In this document: piece after piece, positions 1 to 8,327 of the stretch
Numbering within the stretch: the stretch's first letter is position 1
Layout of the letters: the number at the start of each line of letters is the position of its first letter
Assembly (NCBI GenBank): GCA_040235515.1
Contig: JBECKX010000178.1
Location: 1 to 11,596 of the forward strand
DNA: 11,596 nt
Source: Candidatus Zixiibacteriota bacterium
Lineage (GTDB): Bacteria > Zixibacteria > MSB-5A5 > CAIYYT01
Reading direction: 5' to 3'
The notes under the pieces: model-generated
Told to the model about the DNA's origin: nothing
What the model saw: only the letters and a program-made list of their open reading frames with translations
Databases searched by the model: none
Translations under genes and position numbers: made by a program

Positions 1-2952
1 ACGACTGAACAGTCAGCCACCAATAGTGGTGCGATGGTGGAGCCGCCGGTAAGTCGTTTTGAGAAGCGTTCACCCCGGGGCAAACTGCAGGTGCGGGGAA
101 CAAAGACGTTCTATGCCGATGTCTCGGACCGTTCCGGCACCAATCTCTCACAAGGGCTGAATCTGACAATCAACGGAGAGATCGGAAGAGGAATACTCGT
201 GCGAGGCAGCTTCTCCGACCAGGGTTTGCGTGACAACCGCCTCGTGACAAAGCGATTCTCGGAGCTGGAGAATGTTTACCTCGAAGCTGAATCGGATCGA
301 GTCCGGGGAAGATTCGGCGCCTTCGTATTACAGCAGGAAAACTCGCGCTTCCTCGGCCTGACCCGCAAGATACAGGGGCTTCAGTTCGGTGTGAAGTCGG
401 ACAATCTGAACAGCGTCGCCACAGTCGGGGTGCCGCAGGGTAATTTCACGACCAACAGATTCACGACCGGTGACGGCGATTTCGGGCCTTACAGGCTACA
501 GGATAACAACGGCGTTCCCGGGGTTGCCGTAGTGGAGAACTCCGAGAGCGTCTGGCTCAACGGCATCCGGCTGGAACGGGGACGTGACCGCGACTATTAC
601 ATCGACTATCCTCGCGGTGAGTTGTTCTTTACCGGCAGGCGATCAGTCGATCAGGATGACCGCGTGCGGGTCGAGTTCGAGTCGGTGCGCCTTGAGTATC
701 GCAAGACGCTGGCAACCGTAGACAATGTCATCAAACCTGCAGAAGACTTGAGTGTCGGTGTCGGCTACATCGGGTTGCTCGAGTCTCGCAACGATCCCGT
801 AGATTTCGAGCTTTCACAATCTGATATCGCTGCGCTCGAAGCCGCCGGTGACAACCCGGAGAAGGCGATTGTTCCGGGTGCGCGCTTCGTTGGGTTGGGT
901 GAGGGCGACTACCGGATCGAACTCAACAGCGATCAAGACACCATTTTCAACTACGCCGGCGAAGGGGAGGGTGACTACGTCGTCACATTCTCACAGTTCG
1001 AGAACGGTGATTACGTTTATCTCGGAAGCGGACGCTATCAGTATGTGGGTAAGGGCCAGGGACGCTACCTTCCCCTTCGAACGTTACCACTGCCAGAGAG
1101 CACTCACCTTGCCTCCGTGAGTGCAAAATTGAACCAGGATGGCACACTCTGGGCGACAGTTGAATCCGCACTCTCCCTTCAGGATCGAAATCTCTTTTCA
1201 GGACTGGATGATGACGACAATGTGGCTGCGGCTTTTGGAGCGCAGGGAGGGATCAGGTCACCGACTTCAGGCCGCTATGCCCGCGTGGATATGGAGTTAC
1301 TGCCTGCGCAGTTTGCGCGGTTGCAGCGCTTTGAAGCCGTGGACGAGGATTATCTCTGGCAGCGCAACGTCGTCACAGTGGGTGATCGTCAACGATACGA
1401 GACTGAAATTGGTGGAGGTATCTCTCGACACGATTTTTCAAAGCTGAACCTGGGCTACACCCGTGAAGGAGACTCCTACGACTCGCGTCGTTTCGGTTGG
1501 CAGGCCGGCATCGATTCGCTGCTGGATTCGGAGTTTGACCTTAACCTCGATCTCGCAACCTCCAGCGACGAGACAGCGGAGAACAGATTGTTTCGGGTTG
1601 CTCCCACTCTGCGAAATCGATCGATGCCGATCGCGGTGCGCATCGCGGGTGAGTTCGATCTGCGCAGACAGGAGGCAGTCGCGAGCGTCACCACGGATTC
1701 GAAGCGGGAGGGTGAACTCGGCCTCGAGTATGAGGGGGTGACTCTGGTTGCGCGTCAACGCGAGAATTGGCGAAAGAACCTGGAGTGGCGGATGCTGGAC
1801 CGCAAGCGCACGATGCAGGCGGGATTGATGCGTCGTTTCAAAGGTGGCAACGAACTGGGTGCGCTGCTGTTGTGGAATCGCTTCGATCCCGGAACCGGTG
1901 TCTGGGACGAATACCAGACGGGTTCGCTCAAGGCGGTGCTCCTGCAGGTTGCGGATGTCGTCTCGGTCAACGCCGATTACCGCTTAAGTCGGCGTGGCAG
2001 CTCGCAGACAAATCAAACCTACCTCAAGGTCGATGACGGAAGCGGCGATTTCGTGCTGATAGACTCAATCTACGTGCCGGCGGAACGCGGTGACTATATC
2101 CTCGTAACGGAACAGGTGGGCGACTTGAGTCAGACAACGGAAGCGGAGAAGCACCTTCGTTTCGACCTCGACCTTCAGGAGATCGCACCATCACTCCTGT
2201 TGCGCGAAAGCACCTTCCGCTACGAAGTAAACTTCCGGGAGATCGGCTCTCCGGATGCCGGTTTCTCGGCCCGGTGGCTGCTTCCGCCGCTGGAATACTT
2301 CAATCATGACCCTCGATTTAACCGGATTGAGCATGGCTATCAGTTTCGCCGTCGCGTGAGTTCCATCGGTTTCAGAGGTGAGCTCTCCGCGAAGTTCCGT
2401 TCGACCGACAACCAGCTTGACATTAATCGACCACGTCTGCAAACATCCGAGGAAGCGCGCTTGTTGCTGAGCAAGACGATCCGGCGCCGGGATAACGTCT
2501 CGGCTGAGATTTCATGGCAGAATAGCTACGATGAGCAAGCCGATGACTACACACTCTGGCTGCGGCGCCGAGGACTGGAGATGACAGCAACGCTCTTCCG
2601 CGCCAGTTGGGAGTATTCCCTGACCCTCTCAGGAATCCGTGAAAGGGCCGACTCGCTGGAGCTGAGCGCTGTCTCGCTCCGAGTTGAACCGGGGCTCAGC
2701 TATAACCTGAGCGCGCTTGGCCGGATCGAGTCGAGCCTCTTTATGCTGTCGGTAGCGGAACAGCATGACCGGGAATTGCTGATACAGATGGCTGACAATT
2801 TTCCGCGCGGAACTCACTGGGGAGGACGCGCGCGCGTGGATGTTCAACTGGGGCGGAATTTCAGTTTCCGGTTGTTGGGCCGTGCGGAGATGCTGTCGGC
2901 ACATGAAAACCGCTACTTTCTTCGCACAGAGCTGATATCGAGGTTCGAATGA
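1..2952 (+). CDS. Large putative outer-membrane beta-barrel protein (FCB-type conserved hypothetical), 5'-truncated by the window edge
   Basis: The frame is open from base 1 (acg act gaa cag ...), upstream of the ORF-track ATG at 34, and no signal peptide follows that Met, so the true start probably lies before the window. There are many amphipathic beta-strand-like segments and a C-terminal strand (YFLRTELISRFE) resembling a beta-signal. The motif ENSESVWLNGIRLERGRDRDYYIDYPRGELFF and the Gly/Tyr repeats (GxGxGDY) recall large FCB-group OM proteins. The TGA stop at 2950-2952 overlaps the next ATG. Confidence 0.7.
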   Translation, partial: TTEQSATNSGAMVEPPVSRFEKRSPRGKLQVRGTKTFYADVSDRSGTNLSQGLNLTINGEIGRGILVRGSFSDQGLRDNRLVTKRFSELENVYLEAESDRVRGRFGAFVLQQENSRFLGLTRKIQGLQFGVKSDNLNSVATVGVPQGNFTTNRFTTGDGDFGPYRLQDNNGVPGVAVVENSESVWLNGIRLERGRDRDYYIDYPRGELFFTGRRSVDQDDRVRVEFESVRLEYRKTLATVDNVIKPAEDLSVGVGYIGLLESRNDPVDFELSQSDIAALEAAGDNPEKAIVPGARFVGLGEGDYRIELNSDQDTIFNYAGEGEGDYVVTFSQFENGDYVYLGSGRYQYVGKGQGRYLPLRTLPLPESTHLASVSAKLNQDGTLWATVESALSLQDRNLFSGLDDDDNVAAAFGAQGGIRSPTSGRYARVDMELLPAQFARLQRFEAVDEDYLWQRNVVTVGDRQRYETEIGGGISRHDFSKLNLGYTREGDSYDSRRFGWQAGIDSLLDSEFDLNLDLATSSDETAENRLFRVAPTLRNRSMPIAVRIAGEFDLRRQEAVASVTTDSKREGELGLEYEGVTLVARQRENWRKNLEWRMLDRKRTMQAGLMRRFKGGNELGALLLWNRFDPGTGVWDEYQTGSLKAVLLQVADVVSVNADYRLSRRGSSQTNQTYLKVDDGSGDFVLIDSIYVPAERGDYILVTEQVGDLSQTTEAEKHLRFDLDLQEIAPSLLLRESTFRYEVNFREIGSPDAGFSARWLLPPLEYFNHDPRFNRIEHGYQFRRRVSSIGFRGELSAKFRSTDNQLDINRPRLQTSEEARLLLSKTIRRRDNVSAEISWQNSYDEQADDYTLWLRRRGLEMTATLFRASWEYSLTLSGIRERADSLELSAVSLRVEPGLSYNLSALGRIESSLFMLSVAEQHDRELLIQMADNFPRGTHWGGRARVDVQLGRNFSFRLLGRAEMLSAHENRYFLRTELISRFE
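886..1068 (+). repeat. Protein-level short Gly/Tyr repeats within the large OM protein
   Basis: FVGLGEGDY (886-912), YAGEGEGDY (952-978) and YVGKGQGRY (1042-1068), with partial units ENGDY and YLGSGRY between them. The repeats are degenerate at the DNA level. Confidence 0.6.
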
Positions 2953-4583
2953 GAGGCGTCGCGTTCCGCATAGTCGTCGGACTGATTGTTTTCTGGCTGG
3001 CGTTGAGTGCATCTGCTCAGGCAATCACGATCAACGGCGTCAGGGCGTTCAAGGAGAGCGATATCAGAGCGCTCACGCAATCCACACGGTTACCGCTGGA
3101 TGTTGCAACTGCGCTGCAGCGCAGCTATCTCAGCTCCGGCTATTTCGACGTTGCGATTCAGATCGATGTCTCGGGCGACACGACTATCGTAGTGACGGAA
3201 GGGCATCGGTATCGGCTCGAAGAGATCGATTACGTCGGGGTCGCGGATAGCATCACGGGCCACGTGCTGAAGCGAGTTGGGGGCAGACTACCGGCGACCG
3301 AGTCCAATGTTGCAAAGCTCTCTGAGGCAACGGTGCTGACTCTGGCGGACGCCGGCTACCCCTATGCCGTGGTCGGTGTGGACTCGTTGGTGGTTGAGCC
3401 GGTCAGACCTCAGTTGTTCCTCACGATCAATCCGGGGCCGCAGGTCAGCGTCGCAGAGATAAAATTCCACGGTCTCAGGCTGACCCGCCCCAGGGTGCTG
3501 TATGACTATCTTGAAGTCGCGCCCGGTGACAGCTACTCCGAGTCGGATTTGCGCAGATCGAACGAGCGACTGAAGCGACTCGACTTCGCGCGATCCACCG
3601 GCGAACCTGCGGTGATCTTCCGCCCGCGAGAGAAGGATGTCACCCTTCTGTTCAGCATGAAGGAAGCGCGTAACTTCAGTATTGACGGTCTCGGATACCT
3701 TACTCCCGACAACGAACTCGCGGGTAATGTCAAGTCTTCCCTGCGCAACATCTTTGGCTACGGTGAACGATTCCGCTTCGACTGGAGTCGAGCCAATCGC
3801 TCATCATCACAAATCGTTGTCGCGGCATCAGTGCCGCGAATGCTGGCTTCCCCACTGGATGGCACTATCGAACTGCGCCAGCATGATCGTGATTCGAGTT
3901 TTGTCGCGACTTCAGCGACCGCCTCACTGGCCTACCATCTCAATTTCGACTGGCTCATCGCCGCCGGGCTAACGTGGAGTAAAGTCGCACCCGAGGAGGA
4001 ACTGCTGACAAATGCTGCCCGCGTGCTGGCGATTGAGCTAAGAACAGATTATGATAGCCGCGATGATCGTCGGCGACCGCGAGCTGGACTCGTCGTGACG
4101 TCCCTGTTCCAGACGGCATACCGGAGAGAATTCCCGCTATCCGGCGGAGTGATGTCGGGCTATTCGCGCAGGTTTGACGGCTCTTTCGCACTGTACCATT
4201 CACTCTCGAGGAGTATTGTGTTGCTGCAAAGGTTGAAGGCATTTCAGGCTGCATCGGATTTTGATCCGCTGCCGCTCGATGAGTTGGTCGAAGTCGGCGG
4301 ACCTGCTTCGCTGCGGGGCTATCGCGACAACAGTTTCCTGGCAAGCCTCGGGGCAATCTCGAACTCAGAACTGAGGTGGCTGGCGCTGGATAACCTGACC
4401 CTGCTTGCGTTTGTGGATAACGCCGTCATCAGGGCTTCCGATTCAGACCTCGGCCTGACCGGATTCGGGGGCGGCCTTCTGATCGACACATCCTTAGGGG
4501 AATTCCGTTTCGAAGCAGCGCTCGGGGAAGAGAAAACCCTCGATCGAATGCTCGTCCATTTCGGTTTTTCGGGTGAGTTTTGA
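2949..4583 (+). CDS. Omp85 superfamily (BamA/TamA-like) outer membrane protein with N-terminal POTRA domains
   Basis: Sec signal peptide (MRGVAFRIVVGLIVFWLALSASA|QA). POTRA-like segments (YLSSGYFDVAI..VTEGHRYRL; LADAGYPYAVV..INPGPQVSVAEIKFHGLRLTRP..PGDSYSESDL). Barrel-start motif RNIFGYGE, the conserved L6-loop motif GGPASLRGY ((V/L)RG(Y/F)), and a C-terminal beta-signal VHFGFSGEF. At 544 aa it is shorter than canonical 5-POTRA BamA. Confidence 0.88.
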   Translation: MRGVAFRIVVGLIVFWLALSASAQAITINGVRAFKESDIRALTQSTRLPLDVATALQRSYLSSGYFDVAIQIDVSGDTTIVVTEGHRYRLEEIDYVGVADSITGHVLKRVGGRLPATESNVAKLSEATVLTLADAGYPYAVVGVDSLVVEPVRPQLFLTINPGPQVSVAEIKFHGLRLTRPRVLYDYLEVAPGDSYSESDLRRSNERLKRLDFARSTGEPAVIFRPREKDVTLLFSMKEARNFSIDGLGYLTPDNELAGNVKSSLRNIFGYGERFRFDWSRANRSSSQIVVAASVPRMLASPLDGTIELRQHDRDSSFVATSATASLAYHLNFDWLIAAGLTWSKVAPEEELLTNAARVLAIELRTDYDSRDDRRRPRAGLVVTSLFQTAYRREFPLSGGVMSGYSRRFDGSFALYHSLSRSIVLLQRLKAFQAASDFDPLPLDELVEVGGPASLRGYRDNSFLASLGAISNSELRWLALDNLTLLAFVDNAVIRASDSDLGLTGFGGGLLIDTSLGEFRFEAALGEEKTLDRMLVHFGFSGEF

Positions 4584-5428
4584 GCCTCGGAAAGGGCATT
4601 TTCAGGATAATCAGGCCCCTCAATGGTGTGGTGGCGACCGTGAGCCTGCTTCCGGGTCTGACCCTGGCCTCGGGCCGGATCAGTTTCGACTGGTTGATCG
4701 GCGCCGTGCTGTTTCTGCTCGTGTCATTCGGTTACGCAATCAATGATATCTATGACCTGATCGGGGACAGGGAAAATGATCGGCAGCGGCCGCTGGTCTC
4801 CGGGCAACTGAGCATCCGGGCCGCATGGATACTATCCGCTCTCCTCGCACTGCTGGTGGTCGTACTTAGTCTTTTCCATAGCCAAGAATTGCTGGCCTAC
4901 TCGTTGGTGCTGCTCGTCGCGCTGTATGGCTATGCCGTGCGAATCTCTACGATTTTGGGAGTTGCCAATCTCTGGGTGGCGCTGATGTGCGCATCCGTTT
5001 TCGCGCTGCCCCTCTGGCTGCACGATTTCGCCGCCGCTGAGCCGCGCTGCCTGCTGCTCGGCTATGCCATTCTACTATCGTTTCTCTATCACCTGGGGCG
5101 GGAGATCGTTAAGGATATCGAAGATGTTCGCGGCGACTTGTTGCTCAAGCGCGCCACGCTTCCGCTGGTGATTGGCGCAGAGCGCTCACGCGCGCTGGCG
5201 TTCATCGTTTTCTTGTCGCTGAGCGCGGTTTCCTACCTGCTTTACTCGAGGATTCCGCACAGCCTCTATCTCTGGATCGTGACAGCAGGCGTCAATTTGC
5301 CAATCGTGTTGATATTTCTTATTTATCTGCAGAAGGATCCCGTCGGTTGGGCGGGAAGGATGTCGCTGGCGCTGAAGCTGCTAATGCTTCCGGCGCTTGC
5401 TTCATTGTTGGTGCTTGGCCTCGATTGA
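4580..5428 (+). CDS. UbiA-family prenyltransferase, geranylgeranylglycerol-phosphate geranylgeranyltransferase (DGGGP synthase)-like
   Basis: The TTG start overlaps the upstream TGA (TTGA). N-terminal IIRPLN; first Asp-rich motif INDIYDLIGDRENDRQRPLVSG (NDxxDxxxDxxNxxxRPxxSG); second motif REIVKDIEDVRGD followed by TLP. About 8-9 hydrophobic helices. Confidence 0.88.
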   Translation: MSLGKGIFRIIRPLNGVVATVSLLPGLTLASGRISFDWLIGAVLFLLVSFGYAINDIYDLIGDRENDRQRPLVSGQLSIRAAWILSALLALLVVVLSLFHSQELLAYSLVLLVALYGYAVRISTILGVANLWVALMCASVFALPLWLHDFAAAEPRCLLLGYAILLSFLYHLGREIVKDIEDVRGDLLLKRATLPLVIGAERSRALAFIVFLSLSAVSYLLYSRIPHSLYLWIVTAGVNLPIVLIFLIYLQKDPVGWAGRMSLALKLLMLPALASLLVLGLD

Positions 5429-5522
5429 TCGGTTCGATGTTGTTGCCAGTCAATATTGTTGTTAAGAAATGTGAATCTCTGCAACGCCGCGCTATCTGAA
5501 GCATAGTAATAGGGTGCATGCG
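5429..5522 (+). promoter_or_regulatory. AT-rich intergenic spacer, probable promoter/leader region of the Bat-type operon
   Basis: This is the longest non-coding gap in the window and is markedly AT-rich compared with the flanking genes. It contains TTGCCA (5443-5448), the palindrome CAATATTG (5451-5458), TAGTAAT (5504-5510) and an RBS-like AGGGTG (5511-5516) before ATG 5523. No canonical -35/-10 pair could be assigned with confidence. Confidence 0.35.
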
Positions 5523-6368
5523 ATGAGAATGACAAAGCTCCTGACTATCATGCTGTTCCTCCTCCCGCTCGCAATGGGAGAAACTGTCACCGCCGAAGTA
5601 TCATTTAAAGCTTCGGTGGATAAGGTAAACACCGCTTATGAGGAGAAAGTCTTGCTCGACCTTGAGGTCACGGTCTCCGATCCGCTGATAGAGACGAAGC
5701 CGCTTCCGCCCCCGGCGATGTTGGGGTTCCGTATCGGTGGGTCGGTCAGCTCCGTCACCCAGGAGGGTGGGAGCACCATACGGCACTACAGATATGAGCT
5801 TGTCCCCTCGAAGAGTGGCGCGGTGGAAATTCCGGCATTTGCGCTGGTATACGGCGACAGCACAGGGGTCGACACCCTTTATTCGCAACCGATCGTCGTG
5901 ACCGTGGCACAGCCGCTACCGCCGCAGGAAGAGGGAACGACGCCCTGGACGGTGATAATAATCGCGATCGTAGTCCTGGGCGGCGGAACCTACTGGTGGC
6001 TGCGCAGGCGGCAACCTGCGAGCGAGCCTGCCGTCGAGCCGGAGTGGCAGGCTGAGTACCGGGACCGGCTCTCGGAGGCTATCGAACTGGCACAGCGCCA
6101 GAAGTACCGTGACTTCTTTGATCGTGGCAGTCGCCTTCTGGTAGATCTCTTCGCGACGATCTATGAGACTCCGCTCAAAGGCAAGACTGTGGATGATCTC
6201 CGCGATTGGATCAAACAGCAGGATATGTCTGATGAAGTGAAAGGAATGGCGACTGATTTTCTCAGGCAGAGCGAGAGTGTGAAGTTCACTTCGGGCCAGA
6301 TTGATCCCAGATCAGCCGATGCGCAGGCAGCCGAATTGAGAAAAATAGTGGAACGGCTACTGGCGTGA
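5523..6368 (+). CDS. BatD-like Ig-fold periplasmic domain + single TM + cytoplasmic helical domain protein (Bat-operon associated)
   Basis: Signal peptide (MRMTKLLTIMLFLLPLAMG..). BatD-like beta-sandwich (VSFKASVDK..KVLLDLEVTV..YRYELVPSKSGAVEIPAFAL..LYSQPIVVTV). TM helix PWTVIIIAIVVLGGGTYWWLRRR, and C-terminal ESVKF motif. I prefer ATG 5523 (AGGGTG 6 nt upstream) to the ORF-track GTG 5514; ATG 5529 is also possible. Confidence 0.7.
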   Translation: MRMTKLLTIMLFLLPLAMGETVTAEVSFKASVDKVNTAYEEKVLLDLEVTVSDPLIETKPLPPPAMLGFRIGGSVSSVTQEGGSTIRHYRYELVPSKSGAVEIPAFALVYGDSTGVDTLYSQPIVVTVAQPLPPQEEGTTPWTVIIIAIVVLGGGTYWWLRRRQPASEPAVEPEWQAEYRDRLSEAIELAQRQKYRDFFDRGSRLLVDLFATIYETPLKGKTVDDLRDWIKQQDMSDEVKGMATDFLRQSESVKFTSGQIDPRSADAQAAELRKIVERLLA

Positions 6369-6417
6369 GGTCGTAAAACTGAATCAACAAACCATGTCGA
6401 TAAGGGAGAAGTAGTAC

Positions 6418-7404
6418 GTGGATCAAGATATCAAGATCATTCAAGAGGAAGTTGAAAGGAACTACGAGTTCGTCGACAAACTCAAGGCGGAAATCGGCAA
6501 AGTGATCGTCGGTCAGGAGTACCTGATCGACAGAATGTTGATCGCTTTGCTGGCCGATGGGCATATCCTCCTGGAGGGTGTCCCGGGTCTGGCCAAGACG
6601 TTGTCGATCAAAACCCTCTGTGATGCCGTGCGCGCCGACTTCCAGCGTCTGCAGTTCACGCCGGACCTCCTGCCGGCCGATCTGGTCGGCACGATGATCT
6701 ATAATCAGAATGACGGCAAGTTCACGGTGAAGAAGGGCCCGGTCTTTGCAAACATGATCCTGGCGGATGAAATCAACCGTGCACCCGCGAAGGTGCAGTC
6801 TGCTCTGCTCGAGGCGATGCAGGAGCGACAGGTGACGATTGCCGAGACGACTTATCCGCTGCCGAAACCATTCATGGTGATGGCTACCCAGAATCCGATC
6901 GAGCAGGAAGGCACCTACCCGCTTCCGGAAGCCCAGGTCGACCGCTTCATGTTCAAGCTGAAGGTCACTTATCCGACCAAGGCCGAGGAGCTGCAGATAA
7001 TGAATCGTATGACGGTCGGGGCGACCTTCGATGTGCAACCGGTGATCCAGCCGGAGATGATTCTCAAGGCGCGCGAGGTCGTCAACAAGATTTACGTCGA
7101 TGACAAGGTAAAGGAATATATCGTTGATATTGTCTATGCGACGCGCAACCCTGAAGCCTATAACCTTGATCTCGGCGACTTGATCGACTTTGGCGCGTCG
7201 CCGCGTGCGACGATCAATCTGGCCCTTGCCGCGAAGGCGCACGCTTTCATGAAGGGACGCGGTTATATTACTCCTGATGATGTCAAGAATATCGGCGCCG
7301 ATGTGCTGCGCCACCGCATTATTGTCACCTACGAAGCGGAGGCGGAAGAGGTGGACAGCGAGACGATCATCCAGCGAGTATTCAATGAGGTGGAGGTCCC
7401 GTAA
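6418..7404 (+). CDS. moxR: MoxR-family AAA+ ATPase (MoxR-proper type)
   Basis: Walker A LLEGVPGLAKT, RLQFTPDLLPADLVG, Walker B ILADEINRAPAKVQSALLEAMQE, ATQNPIEQEGTYPLPEAQVDRF, lid motif GASPRA..LRHRI. The GTG start is preceded by the SD AAGGGAG (6402-6408). Confidence 0.97.
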   Translation: MDQDIKIIQEEVERNYEFVDKLKAEIGKVIVGQEYLIDRMLIALLADGHILLEGVPGLAKTLSIKTLCDAVRADFQRLQFTPDLLPADLVGTMIYNQNDGKFTVKKGPVFANMILADEINRAPAKVQSALLEAMQERQVTIAETTYPLPKPFMVMATQNPIEQEGTYPLPEAQVDRFMFKLKVTYPTKAEELQIMNRMTVGATFDVQPVIQPEMILKAREVVNKIYVDDKVKEYIVDIVYATRNPEAYNLDLGDLIDFGASPRATINLALAAKAHAFMKGRGYITPDDVKNIGADVLRHRIIVTYEAEAEEVDSETIIQRVFNEVEVP

Positions 7405-7407
7405 ACC

Positions 7408-8286
7408 TTGCTGCCCAGTGAGATCATTCGCAAAATCCGCCGCATCGAGATAACCACGAAGAAGCTCGTTAATGACGTCTTCGCCGGCGAGTACCATTCC
7501 ACCTTCAAGGGGCGCGGAATGGAATTCGATGAAGTGCGCGAGTATCAGCCGGGAGACGACATTCGCCTGATCGACTGGAACGTCACAGCGCGCACCGGAA
7601 TACCGTTCATCAAGAAGTTCCGCGAGGAACGCGAGCTGTCGGTGATGCTGCTGGTGGATGCCTCTTCCTCGGGACAATTCGGGACGCGTGATCAGCTCAA
7701 AGAGGAGATGGCAGCGGAGATCTGCGGGCTGCTGGCATTCTCTGCGATTCGCAACAATGACAAAGTCGGCATGATCATCTTCACCGACCAGGTGGAGAAG
7801 TATATCGCGCCCCGCAAGGGGAGGGCACACGTGCTGCGTCTGATCCGGGAGATCCTCTTCTTCAGACCCACCGGGCGGTCGACGAACATCAGCAATGCGC
7901 TGGAGTTCTTGAACCGCGTGATCCGCCGAAAGTCGGTCGTGTTTCTGGTGAGCGACTTTCTTAATTCCGGTTATGCCAACGACGTGATGATTGCCAATCG
8001 CAAACATGACCTGGTTGCGATCAGGATAAGCGACGAGCGTGAGTCGGTGCTTGACAATTTCGGGCTGATCGACTTTGAAGATGCCGAAACGGGAGAGATT
8101 CTGACGATTGATACGGCTGACCCGATTTTCAGGGGACAGTTTACGGAGAAGTCCGAGGCGCTCAACGAAGAACTGGAGCGGACGTTCAGGCGAATGAACG
8201 TCGACTTCATCCAGCTGACCACCGGTCTCGACTACATCAAACCGCTGACAGGATTTTTCAAGAAGCGAGAGAGGAGAGTCCGTTAG
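7408..8286 (+). CDS. DUF58 domain protein with VWA-like MIDAS motif (MoxR partner)
   Basis: DUF58 signature GEYHSTFKGRGMEFDEVREYQPGDDIRLIDWNVTAR..FREEREL, followed by LLVDASSS (DxSxS) and VFLVSDF. TTG start with GGAGG at 7392-7396. Typical position immediately after moxR. Confidence 0.95.
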   Translation: MLPSEIIRKIRRIEITTKKLVNDVFAGEYHSTFKGRGMEFDEVREYQPGDDIRLIDWNVTARTGIPFIKKFREERELSVMLLVDASSSGQFGTRDQLKEEMAAEICGLLAFSAIRNNDKVGMIIFTDQVEKYIAPRKGRAHVLRLIREILFFRPTGRSTNISNALEFLNRVIRRKSVVFLVSDFLNSGYANDVMIANRKHDLVAIRISDERESVLDNFGLIDFEDAETGEILTIDTADPIFRGQFTEKSEALNEELERTFRRMNVDFIQLTTGLDYIKPLTGFFKKRERRVR

Positions 8287-8327
8287 CGCTCGTGGGAGCT
8301 TTCCTGACACGAGTTCGTGTGGAAGAT

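Noticed and set aside
34..36. ATG 34 as the start of the large OM protein
   Set aside because: The frame is open to base 1 and no signal peptide follows this Met, so the gene is most likely truncated by the window.
2949..4583. Naming the Omp85 gene bamA or tamA
   Set aside because: It is too short for 5-POTRA BamA, lacks the usual skp/lpxD/rseP neighbours, and has no adjacent tamB. The subfamily cannot be assigned by eye.
848..5888. Numerous short alternative-frame and antisense ORFs (60-133 aa) within or across genes 1-4
   Set aside because: They largely or entirely overlap better-supported CDSs, have Arg/Ser/Pro-rich off-frame composition, and show no motifs.
6286..8310. 674-aa minus-strand ORF antisense to moxR and DUF58
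   Set aside because: It is the codon-aligned antisense shadow of two conserved genes that share a frame. Scarcity of TTA/CTA/TCA codons in GC-biased sense genes keeps it open. The translation has no recognisable motifs and an odd His/Arg/Leu-rich composition.
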